Assembly (NCBI GenBank): GCA_028280665.1
Contig: JANQLJ010000133.1
Location: 9,901 to 73,900 of the forward strand
Length of the DNA: 64,000 nucleotides
Reading direction: 5' to 3'
Origin: Alphaproteobacteria bacterium
GTDB taxonomy: Bacteria; Pseudomonadota; Alphaproteobacteria; JAJFIK01
A program made the translations under genes and the position numbers. Numbering within the stretch: the first letter of the stretch is position 1; every line of letters starts with the position of its first letter. Below are positions 9,698 through 19,410 of this stretch, one piece after another. The notes under the pieces are model-generated. The model did not search any database. It had not been told where the DNA came from and worked only from the letters and a program-made list of their open reading frames with translations.

Positions 9698-10948
9698 TTA
9701 GTTGGGAATGCGGACCATCATCTTGGCATAGCCCTTGACGAAGCTCGAAAACACCCGCTCGGGCTCTTCCACCACTTCGATGGTCTTGAACCGCTTCAGC
9801 ACTTCTTCCCAGACAATGCGCAACTGCATCTCGCCAAGGCGGTTGCCCACGCAGCGGTGAATGCCGAAGCCGAAGGAAAGATGCTGGCGCGGGCGCGGAC
9901 GATCAATGATGAAATCGTTTGCATTCTCGATCGCATCTTCATCGCGGTTGCCCGAGACGTACCACATGACCACCTTGTCGCCCTTTTTGATCGTCTTGCC
10001 GCCGAACTCAACATCTTCCAGCGGTGTGCGGCGCATATGCGCGAGCGGCGTTTGCCAGCGGATAATCTCCGGCACCATGGACTCGATCAGATCGGGGTTG
10101 GCGCGCAGCTTGGCGTATTGATCCGGGTTCTGATTAAGGGCAAGCACGCCGCCGGTGATGGAATTGCGCGTGGTGTCGTTACCGCCAACAATGAGCAAAA
10201 GCACGTTGCCGAGATATTCGCGGTAGTCCATGTTTCTGGTGGCCTCGCCATGGGCCAGCATGGAAATGAGGTCGCCCCGGGGCGGCTCGTTGGCGCGCTC
10301 GTTCCAAAGGCCGACAAAGTATTCCCCGCAAGCACGGATTTCCGCGCGCCGCGCCTCGATGACCTCATCGGTGACCACTTCGCTTTCGTTGGTCACCACA
10401 TCCGACCAATGGGTGAGCAGGCGGCGTTCGTCCCAAGGAAAATCAAAGAGCGTCGCAAGCATTTGCGTCGTCAACTCGATGGAAACCCGCTGCACCCAGT
10501 CGAAATCTTCGTTACGCGGCAGGCCGTCCAAAATCGTGCACACCCGTTCGCGGATAAGCGGCTCAAGCCGGGCGAGATTGTCCGGCGCGACGATGGGGCT
10601 CACCACTTTGCGTTGTTCATCGTGCTTGGGCGGGTCCATGGCGATGAACATGGGCAGGATAAAGTCCTTCGCCTGATTGCGGATGGTAATGCCGCCGAGC
10701 GCGGCTTCCGACGAAAACACCTGATGGTTCGTGTCCACCGCCATGATGTCTTTGTATTTGGTGATGGACCAATAAGGGCCATAGCGGCTGTCGGTGCAGT
10801 AATGCACCGGCTCTTCTTTGCGAAGCCGCTCGAAATAGGGCCACATGGTGTTGCTGCGGAAAAGCTCAGGGTTTGAGACGTCTATTTCGGAAAGCGGCAT
10901 GGACCAGGCGCGGTCGGCGGCTTCGCTAAGGGTTTCGGCGGCGCTCAT
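9698..10948 (-). CDS. cytochrome P450, CYP153-like (putative alkane/terminal hydroxylase)
   Basis: Heme-binding loop FGFGIHRCVGNRLGEMQL. N-terminal LSEIDVSNPELFRSNTMWPYFERLRKEEPVHYCTDSRYGPYWSITKYKDIMAVDTNHQVFSSE closely matches the CYP153 N-terminal signature as I remember it. Confidence 0.85.
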   Translation of the reverse strand: MSAAETLSEAADRAWSMPLSEIDVSNPELFRSNTMWPYFERLRKEEPVHYCTDSRYGPYWSITKYKDIMAVDTNHQVFSSEAALGGITIRNQAKDFILPMFIAMDPPKHDEQRKVVSPIVAPDNLARLEPLIRERVCTILDGLPRNEDFDWVQRVSIELTTQMLATLFDFPWDERRLLTHWSDVVTNESEVVTDEVIEARRAEIRACGEYFVGLWNERANEPPRGDLISMLAHGEATRNMDYREYLGNVLLLIVGGNDTTRNSITGGVLALNQNPDQYAKLRANPDLIESMVPEIIRWQTPLAHMRRTPLEDVEFGGKTIKKGDKVVMWYVSGNRDEDAIENANDFIIDRPRPRQHLSFGFGIHRCVGNRLGEMQLRIVWEEVLKRFKTIEVVEEPERVFSSFVKGYAKMMVRIPN

Positions 10949-11036
10949 GTCTTTGTCCTCGGCCAGGATGCAGTGAGCACGAATATAGGCCGGATCACCT
11001 ACGCCGACAAATTGTCAGTTTGGCACAACAGGGCCT

Positions 11037-11255
11037 TCACGGCCGCATAAAGACGTAGTCCGTATCCGGGTCCAGGTTTTCAGCAAGATTTGCCAGCTCG
11101 CGCCGGACATCTTCCACGGGCCGCGCGGCGAGATAGGTCTCAAGCACCAGATTCATAAAAGCGCGGGCGACCGCATCCCGGCCCTGCCCCGCCTCGTCCG
11201 CTTCGGCCAATGCCGCCGCGAAGTGAGATTTGGCAATCGACGTGGCGCTGGTCAT
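11037..11255 (-). CDS. small hypothetical protein (72 aa)
   Basis: Track ORF between ridA and the P450 on the same strand. No cysteines, so not a ferredoxin; no recognisable motif. Confidence 0.3.
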   Translation of the reverse strand: MTSATSIAKSHFAAALAEADEAGQGRDAVARAFMNLVLETYLAARPVEDVRRELANLAENLDPDTDYVFMRP

Positions 11256-11638
11256 GGGGCCACCGCCACAGCATCGAGTTCCATCTTGGCGCCGGGAATG
11301 AGGAGCCCCGAAATAACGGTCGCGCGCGCCGGCAGGTGCGCGCCGAACTTTTCCGCATAAACTTTGTTAAAGCCTGCAAAATCGGTAGCGTCGGTGATCC
11401 AGACATTGACCTTGACCACGTCGTTGAGTGATGCACCGCCCGCCTTGAGCTGCGCCTCCAGGTTCTCGATAGCAAGAGCGGTTTGCGATTCGATATCATC
11501 CCCTGCCAGATTGAGGTCTCCGTCGAGACCCATTTGTCCGGCTACGAATAAAAAGCCGTTTGCCTTCACAACTTGCGAATAAGGAACCATTGTTCCGTCC
11601 GGCAAGGTGATGGGATCGCCAATGCGTTCGATCATGTG
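11252..11638 (-). CDS. ridA: RidA/YjgF-family reactive-intermediate deaminase
   Basis: 129 aa from MIERIGDPITLPDG...; RidA-like ...ANGFLFVAGQ...VVKVNVWITD... The upstream extension in the track was rejected. Confidence 0.7.
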   Translation of the reverse strand, partial: HMIERIGDPITLPDGTMVPYSQVVKANGFLFVAGQMGLDGDLNLAGDDIESQTALAIENLEAQLKAGGASLNDVVKVNVWITDATDFAGFNKVYAEKFGAHLPARATVISGLLIPGAKMELDAVAVAP

Positions 11639-11645
11639 CTTCTCC

Positions 11646-12965
11646 TTATCTCTCACCCCTTTCAGCCCAGGCTTCCCAGGCGGCGCGTAAAGCAACGCCT
11701 ATATCGGTAAAAGGCCGGGGCGGATTGGCGGGCGGGCGCGCGAGGCGCATCATATCCTCAAGAAGCGGGTTTTGAATGCCCATGGCGAGATCAGCGAGCA
11801 GCATCCCCGCAATGGTGCCGCGCGTTATACCAATCCCTTGAAACCCGCCCGCGCCCCAGGTGTTTTCGCCAAGCGCGCCAAACACCGAATCCTGATTGCG
11901 GCTGAGGCAGAGATACCCGCCCCAGGTATGTTCAAGCGCAAGACCGTCGAGCATGGGAAAGCGCGCGCGGAACAGCTCCTTATGCCGCGCCCGCACGCGC
12001 GTAAGCTCCGCGGCGCTGAAGGAAAGCCCGGGGCGATAGATAATCTGCTCACGGAAGAGGATACGATGATCGCCGGTCCGCTGGATCGTCGGCGCAACGA
12101 AGGCGTTCGCGGGCGTGATCCCCCAGGCCCGCCGCCCGCCCAATGCTGTGCGTTCCTCCCCGCTCATGGGCGCGGTTAGTGACGCATAGGCTACGAAAGG
12201 CATAAGGCGGCGCACGCCAAACCCAAGCGCCGGCATGAAGGCGTTTGCCGCGACGATGAGGTTCCGTGCCGTGAGCTGCCCTTGTTTGGTTGTCAGGATA
12301 ATCTCGCCGCTGTACGCGATCTCCTTCACCGGCGTTCTCTCATAGAGCGTCACATTGGCGGGCAAGGCATCCCCAAGGCCGCGCACCAGGGCGGCGGGGT
12401 TCATCAGCACCGTGCCGGGGGTATAAATCCCTGCTTCGTAGTGATCGATCCCGATGGCCTCGCTCATGGCCGCGCGGCCGCACCACTCAAAGGGCTCACC
12501 AATCGCCTCAAGCTCGCTTGCGAGCGGTTTTAGATATTTCTCCGCGCCGCGCGCCGAGGCGGCGGCGTGAAACTTGCCGCAATCCCGCCAATCGCATTCG
12601 ATGCCGTGGGTTTCGGCCAGCCCGCGCAAGTGGCGGATGGCCGCCGTGTAAAGCCGCTTCTGCCCGCGGGCGCTTTCCGTCGCCGCAGTTCCACCCCCGA
12701 GCGTATGAGCGTGATCGATGGCAAAGCCCGAGTTCCGGCCCGACGCGCCTTCGCCCACGGAAAGCGCGTCCACCACCACGATCGTGTCTTGCGGCCGGGC
12801 CTTGGCGATGCGGCGCGCGGCGGCAAGCCCGGTAAAGCCCCCGCCCAGCACGGCCCAGTCGGCGCGCGCTTCGCCTTGAAGGGCGGGCCGCGGTGTGCGC
12901 GGCGGCAGGATGGCAGTCCAGCCCGCCGGACCGTCGTCTTTGGGGAGCACGCGCACATGGGTCAT
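11646..12965 (-). CDS. FAD-dependent oxidoreductase (DAO family)
   Basis: Rossmann dinucleotide motif VLGGGFTGLAAARRIA and DAO-like ...GRNSGF... Start codon uncertain. Confidence 0.7.
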   Translation of the reverse strand: MTHVRVLPKDDGPAGWTAILPPRTPRPALQGEARADWAVLGGGFTGLAAARRIAKARPQDTIVVVDALSVGEGASGRNSGFAIDHAHTLGGGTAATESARGQKRLYTAAIRHLRGLAETHGIECDWRDCGKFHAAASARGAEKYLKPLASELEAIGEPFEWCGRAAMSEAIGIDHYEAGIYTPGTVLMNPAALVRGLGDALPANVTLYERTPVKEIAYSGEIILTTKQGQLTARNLIVAANAFMPALGFGVRRLMPFVAYASLTAPMSGEERTALGGRRAWGITPANAFVAPTIQRTGDHRILFREQIIYRPGLSFSAAELTRVRARHKELFRARFPMLDGLALEHTWGGYLCLSRNQDSVFGALGENTWGAGGFQGIGITRGTIAGMLLADLAMGIQNPLLEDMMRLARPPANPPRPFTDIGVALRAAWEAWAERGER

Positions 12966-13071
12966 GGGCCGATCATGACGCGGGACGCCGCCGCACGAAA
13001 GCCCCGGGTTTCGCGAGGCCCCCTATGGGTCTAGACTGCGCGCCGTCAGACAACGGGAGCGTGCGGACGCC

Positions 13072-13338
13072 ATGCGGACTTTTTACATCCTCATCAAATG
13101 CCAGCTCGGCCACACCTACGATGTCGCCGCCCGGCTGGTGGACGACACGGACGTGGCGCCGGTGGTGCATTCCATATCCGGGCGCTACGACCTCATCGCG
13201 CAGTATCATTTGCCTGGGGAAGCCGACATTGGCCGTTTCGTCAACGAACAGATTCACCCGATCCCGGGCATCGTCGATACTGAAACCATCATTTGCTTCA
13301 ATGCCTTTACTAAGGACAAAGGGCTTGGCGAGGACTGA
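13072..13338 (+). CDS. Lrp/AsnC ligand-binding-domain-only protein
   Basis: 88 aa: MRTFYILIKCQLGHTYDVAARLVDDTDVAPVVHSISGRYDLIAQYHLPGEADIGRFVNEQIHPIPGIVDTETIICF, the RAM/AsnC_trans_reg fold pattern without an HTH. Confidence 0.55.
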   Translation: MRTFYILIKCQLGHTYDVAARLVDDTDVAPVVHSISGRYDLIAQYHLPGEADIGRFVNEQIHPIPGIVDTETIICFNAFTKDKGLGED

Positions 13339-13347
13339 CCCACCAGT

Positions 13348-14151
13348 TCAGTCAGCAAACGCCCGGCGACTCATTTCGCTGTGAGGGTCCGCAAGAGCTT
13401 CGATGACATCGAAGTGGTGGCGCCCCGGGTCTTCGACAAACTCAACGCGCGCGCCTTTTGCTTTCCAGTCAGCGACAAAATCCCGCGACTGACGTAGAAA
13501 TTCAGGCCGCTCCTCCCCGCCCACCCAGGCGATGAGTTCCGCGCCCTCCCGCGGCTCAAGAAGGAGAGGACTTTCGGCGCGCGCGATTTCATCGGTGATA
13601 CGCAAACGCTCGTTCATTTGCGTGTGCCGCAGCGGCCGCAAGTCATAGAGCCCGCTAATGCCAACCGCGCGGCGGATGCGGGCCGCCACCTCCGCTTCGA
13701 TTGGTGCGCCCGCGCACATCATGCGCGCGGCCAGGTGTCCGCCCGCGGAATGCCCAGAAAGCACAATCGGCCCGGCACTTTCGCGGGCCGCCGCATGATT
13801 GAGGGCGGAGCCGATCTGCGCGGTGATCTCTCCAACCGAAACGTCCGGACACAGATCATATGAGGGCAGCATGGCCGCCCAGCCATGATCGACCGCCGCG
13901 CTTGCCAGATGCGACCAGGACGATTTGTCAAAATCGAGCCAGTAACCGCCGTGGACAAAGACAAAAAGCCCGCGCGCGGCGCCTTCGGGGAAAAAGAGGT
14001 CGTATCTTTCCCGCGCGCGCGCGCCATAAGGAATGTCGAGATCGTGGGCCGCAACCTCGCGGAAAGCCGCCGCCTCGCGGGCCCATAGGCCCGGGTAGCG
14101 CTCAGCGCCGGGAATGTAGGCCGCATTGGTGTAGGCGTCGTCCCAATCCAT
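13348..14151 (-). CDS. alpha/beta-hydrolase, arylformamidase (AFMID)-like; putative kynurenine formamidase
   Basis: HGGYW oxyanion motif and GHSAGGHLAA nucleophile elbow. Divergent from kynureninase. Confidence 0.6.
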   Translation of the reverse strand: MDWDDAYTNAAYIPGAERYPGLWAREAAAFREVAAHDLDIPYGARARERYDLFFPEGAARGLFVFVHGGYWLDFDKSSWSHLASAAVDHGWAAMLPSYDLCPDVSVGEITAQIGSALNHAAARESAGPIVLSGHSAGGHLAARMMCAGAPIEAEVAARIRRAVGISGLYDLRPLRHTQMNERLRITDEIARAESPLLLEPREGAELIAWVGGEERPEFLRQSRDFVADWKAKGARVEFVEDPGRHHFDVIEALADPHSEMSRRAFAD

Positions 14152-14249
14152 GACCCATTGTGCCGCCCGGCGCGGCGGCGAAGCAAGCGGGCTTGCCTCG
14201 GCCCGGCCAATACCGGAGAGTTGGCCGAACCCGCCCGATTGGGACTGTC

Positions 14250-15491
14250 ATGCCCGCAACCCGTCAAGTTTCAGCCGCCGACCTCGACAAGTCCGATCCT
14301 CTCGCCCCTAAGCGCGAGGCCTTTCACATTCCCGACGGCGTTATCTATCTCGACGGCAATTCGCTCGGCTGCCTGCCCAAGGCGGCCGTCGCGCGCATGA
14401 ACGAGGTTGTCGCCAATGAATGGGGCGAGAGCCTTATCCGCGGATGGAACGATCACGCCTGGATCGATATGCCCGCGCGGCTCGGCAACCGGATTGCCAA
14501 ACTGATCGGCGCGGCGCCGGGCACGGTGGTGGCCGCCGACTCGACATCCGTCAATCTGGCCAAAGCGCTTACCGCCGCGCTTGAAATGCGCGAAAACCCG
14601 AACGTCATTCTTTCCGACACCGGCAACTTCCCCGCCGATCTTTACATGGCGCAAGGGCTCATCCGGGGGCTAGGCCGCGGGCATAAGCTGCGGCTGGTGG
14701 CCCCCGAAGAAGTCGAAGCCGCCATCGATGAGACCGTCGCCGTCCTGATGCTGACGGAGGTGGATTACCGCACCGGCCGCCGCCACAACATGGCCCGGCT
14801 GACCGAGAAAGCGCACGAGGCAGGCGCCGTGGCTCTTTGGGATCTTGCCCACTCGGCGGGCGCCCTGCCGGTCGATGTTGGCGGCGCGGGCGCCGACTTC
14901 GCCATCGGCTGCACTTACAAGTACCTAAATGCCGGGCCGGGCGCGCCCGCCTTTATCTATGTGCGTCCCAACCACCTAGGCCACGTCGAGCCGTTTCTGT
15001 CCGGCTGGATGGGTCACGAGGCCCCGTTCGACTTCGATCCCCGCTACCGCCCCGCACCGGGCCCAGAGCGCATGACCGTGGGAACGCCGCCTATTCTGGG
15101 GCTCAGCGCCCTCGATGCGGCCCTCGACGTGTGGGAGGGGGTCGATATGGGCGAGGTGCGCGCCAAATCCATGGCCCTCGGGGACCTCTTTATCCAAGAA
15201 GTGGAAGAGCGCTGCGGCGGATACGGGCTCAAGCTCGGCTCGCCCCGCGATGCCGAGGCGCGCGGCAGCCAGGTCTCCTTCCACGCCGAGAATGGCTACC
15301 CGATCATGCAAGCCCTGATCGGCGAAGGGGTCATCGGCGACTTTCGCGCGCCAGACCTGATGCGGTTCGGCTTTGCCCCGCTTTATCTGCGCTATCAAGA
15401 CGTTGTGGATGCGGTGGCGATCCTCGAATGTATCCTGCGCACGGAGCTTTGGCGTGAGCCACGCTTTCAGGTGCGCGCCAAAGTCACCTGA
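14250..15491 (+). CDS. kynU: kynureninase
   Basis: ...LAPKREAFHIPDGVIYLDGNSLGCLP... matches the kynureninase N-terminus; PLP-fold body. Start moved from 14160 (track) to the internal ATG at 14250 by homology logic. Confidence 0.85.
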   Translation: MPATRQVSAADLDKSDPLAPKREAFHIPDGVIYLDGNSLGCLPKAAVARMNEVVANEWGESLIRGWNDHAWIDMPARLGNRIAKLIGAAPGTVVAADSTSVNLAKALTAALEMRENPNVILSDTGNFPADLYMAQGLIRGLGRGHKLRLVAPEEVEAAIDETVAVLMLTEVDYRTGRRHNMARLTEKAHEAGAVALWDLAHSAGALPVDVGGAGADFAIGCTYKYLNAGPGAPAFIYVRPNHLGHVEPFLSGWMGHEAPFDFDPRYRPAPGPERMTVGTPPILGLSALDAALDVWEGVDMGEVRAKSMALGDLFIQEVEERCGGYGLKLGSPRDAEARGSQVSFHAENGYPIMQALIGEGVIGDFRAPDLMRFGFAPLYLRYQDVVDAVAILECILRTELWREPRFQVRAKVT

Positions 15492-15756
15492 CCCGCCCCA
15501 AGGTAAAGCCCGCCTGCCCGCGCCATCCGGGATACCCCCAAAAGCATCATGGTTGATGGTTCGGCGCTCCCCCCGTTGCGCGCGCTCGAATATCGTGATT
15601 TTCTCCGATACAGGCGTAACTTAGCGGGGATTGGCAAGACCGGGGCAGGCTTCAGCTTTCTTGACCCGGTTCTCACGCGGGACTTTCAAACCGGATGCAG
15701 AGTGCTTCCGGCAACGGCTCTTCCCGCGCGGTGCGGATCCGCATGGACTAAAACCG

Positions 15757-17553
15757 ATGAAGCCGACCGATACGACCAACCCCGACTATTTCCACAAGGT
15801 CGTTGACTGCCAGTGGGCCTGCCCCTCTCACACGCCGGTGCCCGAATACATTCGGCTGATCGCGCAAGGCCGCTACACCGACGCCTATATGGTCAACCGG
15901 AAATCCAATGTCTTTCCCGGCATACTGGGCCGGGTGTGCGACCGGCCGTGCGAGCCCGCGTGCCGGCGCACGCGCATCGATGAAGAACCGGTCGCCATTT
16001 GCCGGCTCAAGCGCGTCGCCGCCGATCACCGCGATGACGTAACGGACCTTTTGCCCAAAAAACCCGCCACCACCAACGGCAAGAAGATCGCGCTGATCGG
16101 GGCGGGGCCGGCTTCGCTGACGGTTGCCAATGATCTCGCGCCGCTTGGGTACGAGTGCACCATTTTCGACGCGCTTGAGCGGCCCGGCGGGCTGATGATT
16201 TCGAACATCCCCTCGTTCCGCTTGCCCCAGGAAGTTCTGGACGAGGAAATCGGCTACATCCTCGACATGGGCGTCGAGCTCAAAACGAGCACCCGCATCG
16301 ACAGCCTCAAGGCCTTGCTCAAAGAGGACTTCGACGCGGTGTTTGTGGGCTCGGGCGCGCCCAAGGGCAAGGACCTGCAAATCCCCGGGCGCGATGAAGC
16401 CGCGGGCAACATTCACATCGGTATTGAGTGGCTCGAGTCCGTCGCCTTCGATCACATCGACAAGATCGGCAAGCGCGTTCTCATTATCGGCGTCGGCAAT
16501 ACGGCCATGGACTGCTGCCGCACTTCCTTACGCCTGGGCGCCGATGACGTGAAGGTCATGGCCCGCAAGCCGCGCGAGTTTTTCAAGGCAAGCCCGTGGG
16601 AGCTTGAAGACGCCGAGGAGGAAAACGTCGAGATCGTGGTCAACCATTCGCCGAAAGAGTTTGTCCTGGAGAACGGCAAGCTGACCGGCATGGTGTTCGA
16701 GACCATGGAATATGACGTCGATGCCACGGGCAAGATTACCGACACCCGCGTCACCGGCGAGGTCATCATCCCTTGCGACGATGTGATCCTCGCCATCGGT
16801 CAGGAAAATGCCTTCCCCTGGATCGAGCGCGACATCGGCATTGAATTCGACAAATGGGACGTGCCGGAGGTGGACAAGGTGACGTTCCAATCGACGCGGT
16901 CCGGTGTTTTCTTCGGCGGCGATGCGGCGTTCGGGCCTTTGAACATCATCTGGGCCGTGGAGCACGGCCACCAGGCCGCCATTTCCATTCACAATCACTG
17001 CCGGGGTAAGCCCCTTACCGACCGGGTGCCGGACGGCCAGATCCTCGAACCCACCAAGATGGGCATGAACGAATGGCGCTATTCGAACGGCTTTGATGCC
17101 TCCGACCGCCGCAAGATGACTCACGTAGACCTCAAGGAACGGTTCAAGAAACTTGATACGGAAGTCGAGCTTGGCTTCACGCCCGAACAAGTCGCAACGG
17201 AAGTAGAGCGCTGTCTTAACTGCGATGTGCAGACCGTGTTCGAGGCGCCGCTTTGTATTGAGTGCGATGCGTGTATCGACATTTGCCCCGTCGATTGCCT
17301 GACCATCATCCATAATGATGAAGAAGAGGCGCTGCGGCCGCGCCTCAAGAACCCCGCTGAAAACACCGAGCAGGACTTGTATGTGTCCGCGCCGCTCAAA
17401 GGCACGGGCCGCGTTATGGTGAAGGACGAGGACGTCTGCGTTCACTGCGGGCTTTGCGCCGAGCGTTGCCCCACCGCGGCGTGGGACATGCAGCTTTTCG
17501 ATCTCATCAAGGCCTACGCCTCGGAAGACAGTTTGGGAGTTGCGGCAGAATGA
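15757..17553 (+). CDS. GltD-like NAD(P)H-dependent FAD oxidoreductase with C-terminal 2x[4Fe-4S] domain (KorC-like third subunit)
   Basis: Two dinucleotide-binding motifs KKIALIGAGPASL and KRVLIIGVGNTAMD. C-terminal CIECDACIDICP and CVHCGLCAERCP clusters. Stop overlaps the korA start (ATGA at 17550-17553). Alternative upstream start at 15631. Confidence 0.7.
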   Translation: MKPTDTTNPDYFHKVVDCQWACPSHTPVPEYIRLIAQGRYTDAYMVNRKSNVFPGILGRVCDRPCEPACRRTRIDEEPVAICRLKRVAADHRDDVTDLLPKKPATTNGKKIALIGAGPASLTVANDLAPLGYECTIFDALERPGGLMISNIPSFRLPQEVLDEEIGYILDMGVELKTSTRIDSLKALLKEDFDAVFVGSGAPKGKDLQIPGRDEAAGNIHIGIEWLESVAFDHIDKIGKRVLIIGVGNTAMDCCRTSLRLGADDVKVMARKPREFFKASPWELEDAEEENVEIVVNHSPKEFVLENGKLTGMVFETMEYDVDATGKITDTRVTGEVIIPCDDVILAIGQENAFPWIERDIGIEFDKWDVPEVDKVTFQSTRSGVFFGGDAAFGPLNIIWAVEHGHQAAISIHNHCRGKPLTDRVPDGQILEPTKMGMNEWRYSNGFDASDRRKMTHVDLKERFKKLDTEVELGFTPEQVATEVERCLNCDVQTVFEAPLCIECDACIDICPVDCLTIIHNDEEEALRPRLKNPAENTEQDLYVSAPLKGTGRVMVKDEDVCVHCGLCAERCPTAAWDMQLFDLIKAYASEDSLGVAAE

Positions 17554-19406
17554 ACGTGGTCAGCGAGACCGCAGCGGGCACGCGCGTCAACGATTTCGTC
17601 ATCAAAATCGCCACCGTGAACGGCACGGGATCGGCGAGCGCCAATACGTTGCTCATGAAGACCGTGTTCCGCATGGGCGTACCGGTGGTGGGCAAAAACC
17701 TGTTTCCGTCGAACATTCAGGGCTTGCCTACCTGGTACGAAATCCGCATCACCAAGGACGGCTACCAGGCGCGCACCGGCGCGGTGGACTTGGCCGTCGC
17801 CATGAACGCGGACACCTACGATCAGGACCTCGAAAAAACTTCCCCCGGGGGCTATCTCATTTACGACAGCTCATGGCCGCGGCCCGAGCTGCTCTCCCGC
17901 GAAGACGTGAACGTGATCGGCGTGCCGCTCGCCTCCATGATCAACGAACGCTTCGACACGGCGCGCACCCGTGTCTTGATGAAAAACATGGCCTATGTGG
18001 GCGCGGTCGCCGCGCTGATCGAGCTCGACATGGACGTGATCCATGGACTGGTGACTGAAACCTTCGGCGAGAGCAAAAAACACCTGATCGACGCTAACAT
18101 GGAAGCCATCGATCTCGGCTTCCGTTATGTGCAGGAAAACTATGCCTGCCCCCTGCCCATCCGCGTGGAGCAGATGGACAAGACCGACGGTTACATCATG
18201 ATGGACGGCAATACCGCCGCCGCGCTCGGCTGCCTTTACGCGGGCGCGACCTTCGGCGCCTGGTATCCCATTACACCCTCGACCTCACTGATGGACGCCT
18301 TCAAGGCGTTTTGCGAGCGTTACCGCGTCGATGCGGAAACCGGCGAGCACAACTACTGCATCATCCAGGCCGAAGACGAACTGGCGTCCATCGGCATGGT
18401 GATCGGCGCGGGCTGGAACGGCGCGCGCGCCTTTACGCCCACCAGCGGGCCGGGCATCTCGCTGATGTCCGAGTTCATCGGCTTTGCCTATTACGGCGAG
18501 GTCCCAGCGGTAATCTTCAACGTGCAGCGCACCGGGCCTTCGACCGGGCTGCCCACGCGCACCCAGCAATCGGATATTTTGCTGTGCGCCTATGCCTCCC
18601 ACGGCGACACCAAGCATATTCTTTTGTTTCCCGCAGACCCCGAAGAATGCTTCGAGATGGCGGTGGAGGCCTTCGAGCTTGCCGAGTGGTTCCAGACGCC
18701 GGTCTTTGTCATTTCCGACATCGACATCGGTATGAACGACTGGATGGTGCCCAAGCTCAAGTGGGATGATGATTGGAAGCCCAACCGCGGCAAAATCCTC
18801 GATACCGAGCAGCTGGAGAAGATCGACAAGTTCTATCGTTACCTCGATGTGGATGGCGATGGCGTCCCCTACCGCACCTTGCCCGGCGTGCACCCCAAGG
18901 GCGCTTACTTCACGCGCGGATCGGGGCATGACAAGTACGGTCTTTATACGGAAAATTCCGACAAGTATCAGGACGTGCTGGACCGTATCGCGATGAAATT
19001 CGAGGGCGCTCGGGCGCGTGTTCCTGCGCCCGTCATTCGCAAGGCCGCCAAGAAAACGCGCTGGGGCGTTATTTCAGTGGGCAGCAGCCACGGGCCCGTT
19101 ATCGAAGCGGTGGACCGGCTGGCCGCCGAGGACATTCACCTCGATTACCTGCGCGTGCGCGGCTTTCCCTTTCATGACGAGATCGAGAAATTCGTTGCCG
19201 CCCACGATGCGGTCTTTGTGGTGGAGCAAAACCGGGACGGCCAGCTCAAGAGCCTGATCGTCAATGAAACAAATGCCGACAAGGCAAAGCTCAAGCCCAT
19301 TCTCTGGTACAGCGGCAAGGTGCCCGATTGCCGGTTCGTGGTGAACGGCATCAAGACTCAATTGGGCGAGGAAAAAATGAGCCGGGGAAAAGCGCAAGGG
19401 AGCTGA
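17550..19406 (+). CDS. korA: 2-oxoacid:acceptor oxidoreductase alpha subunit
   Basis: Start MNVVSETAAGTRVNDFVIKIATVNGTGSASANTLLMK; KorA/PorA-like. Track start 17454 is an upstream extension. Confidence 0.85.
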   Translation: MNVVSETAAGTRVNDFVIKIATVNGTGSASANTLLMKTVFRMGVPVVGKNLFPSNIQGLPTWYEIRITKDGYQARTGAVDLAVAMNADTYDQDLEKTSPGGYLIYDSSWPRPELLSREDVNVIGVPLASMINERFDTARTRVLMKNMAYVGAVAALIELDMDVIHGLVTETFGESKKHLIDANMEAIDLGFRYVQENYACPLPIRVEQMDKTDGYIMMDGNTAAALGCLYAGATFGAWYPITPSTSLMDAFKAFCERYRVDAETGEHNYCIIQAEDELASIGMVIGAGWNGARAFTPTSGPGISLMSEFIGFAYYGEVPAVIFNVQRTGPSTGLPTRTQQSDILLCAYASHGDTKHILLFPADPEECFEMAVEAFELAEWFQTPVFVISDIDIGMNDWMVPKLKWDDDWKPNRGKILDTEQLEKIDKFYRYLDVDGDGVPYRTLPGVHPKGAYFTRGSGHDKYGLYTENSDKYQDVLDRIAMKFEGARARVPAPVIRKAAKKTRWGVISVGSSHGPVIEAVDRLAAEDIHLDYLRVRGFPFHDEIEKFVAAHDAVFVVEQNRDGQLKSLIVNETNADKAKLKPILWYSGKVPDCRFVVNGIKTQLGEEKMSRGKAQGS

Positions 19407-19410
19407 AGAC

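Noticed and set aside
9530-10876. 448-aa plus-strand ORF
   Set aside because: Antisense to the P450, whose heme loop confirms the minus-strand frame.
10980-11010. tggcacaacagggcc resembling a sigma-54 -24 element upstream of the P450
   Set aside because: Wrong strand for the minus-strand P450 gene, and the -12 TTGC element is missing.
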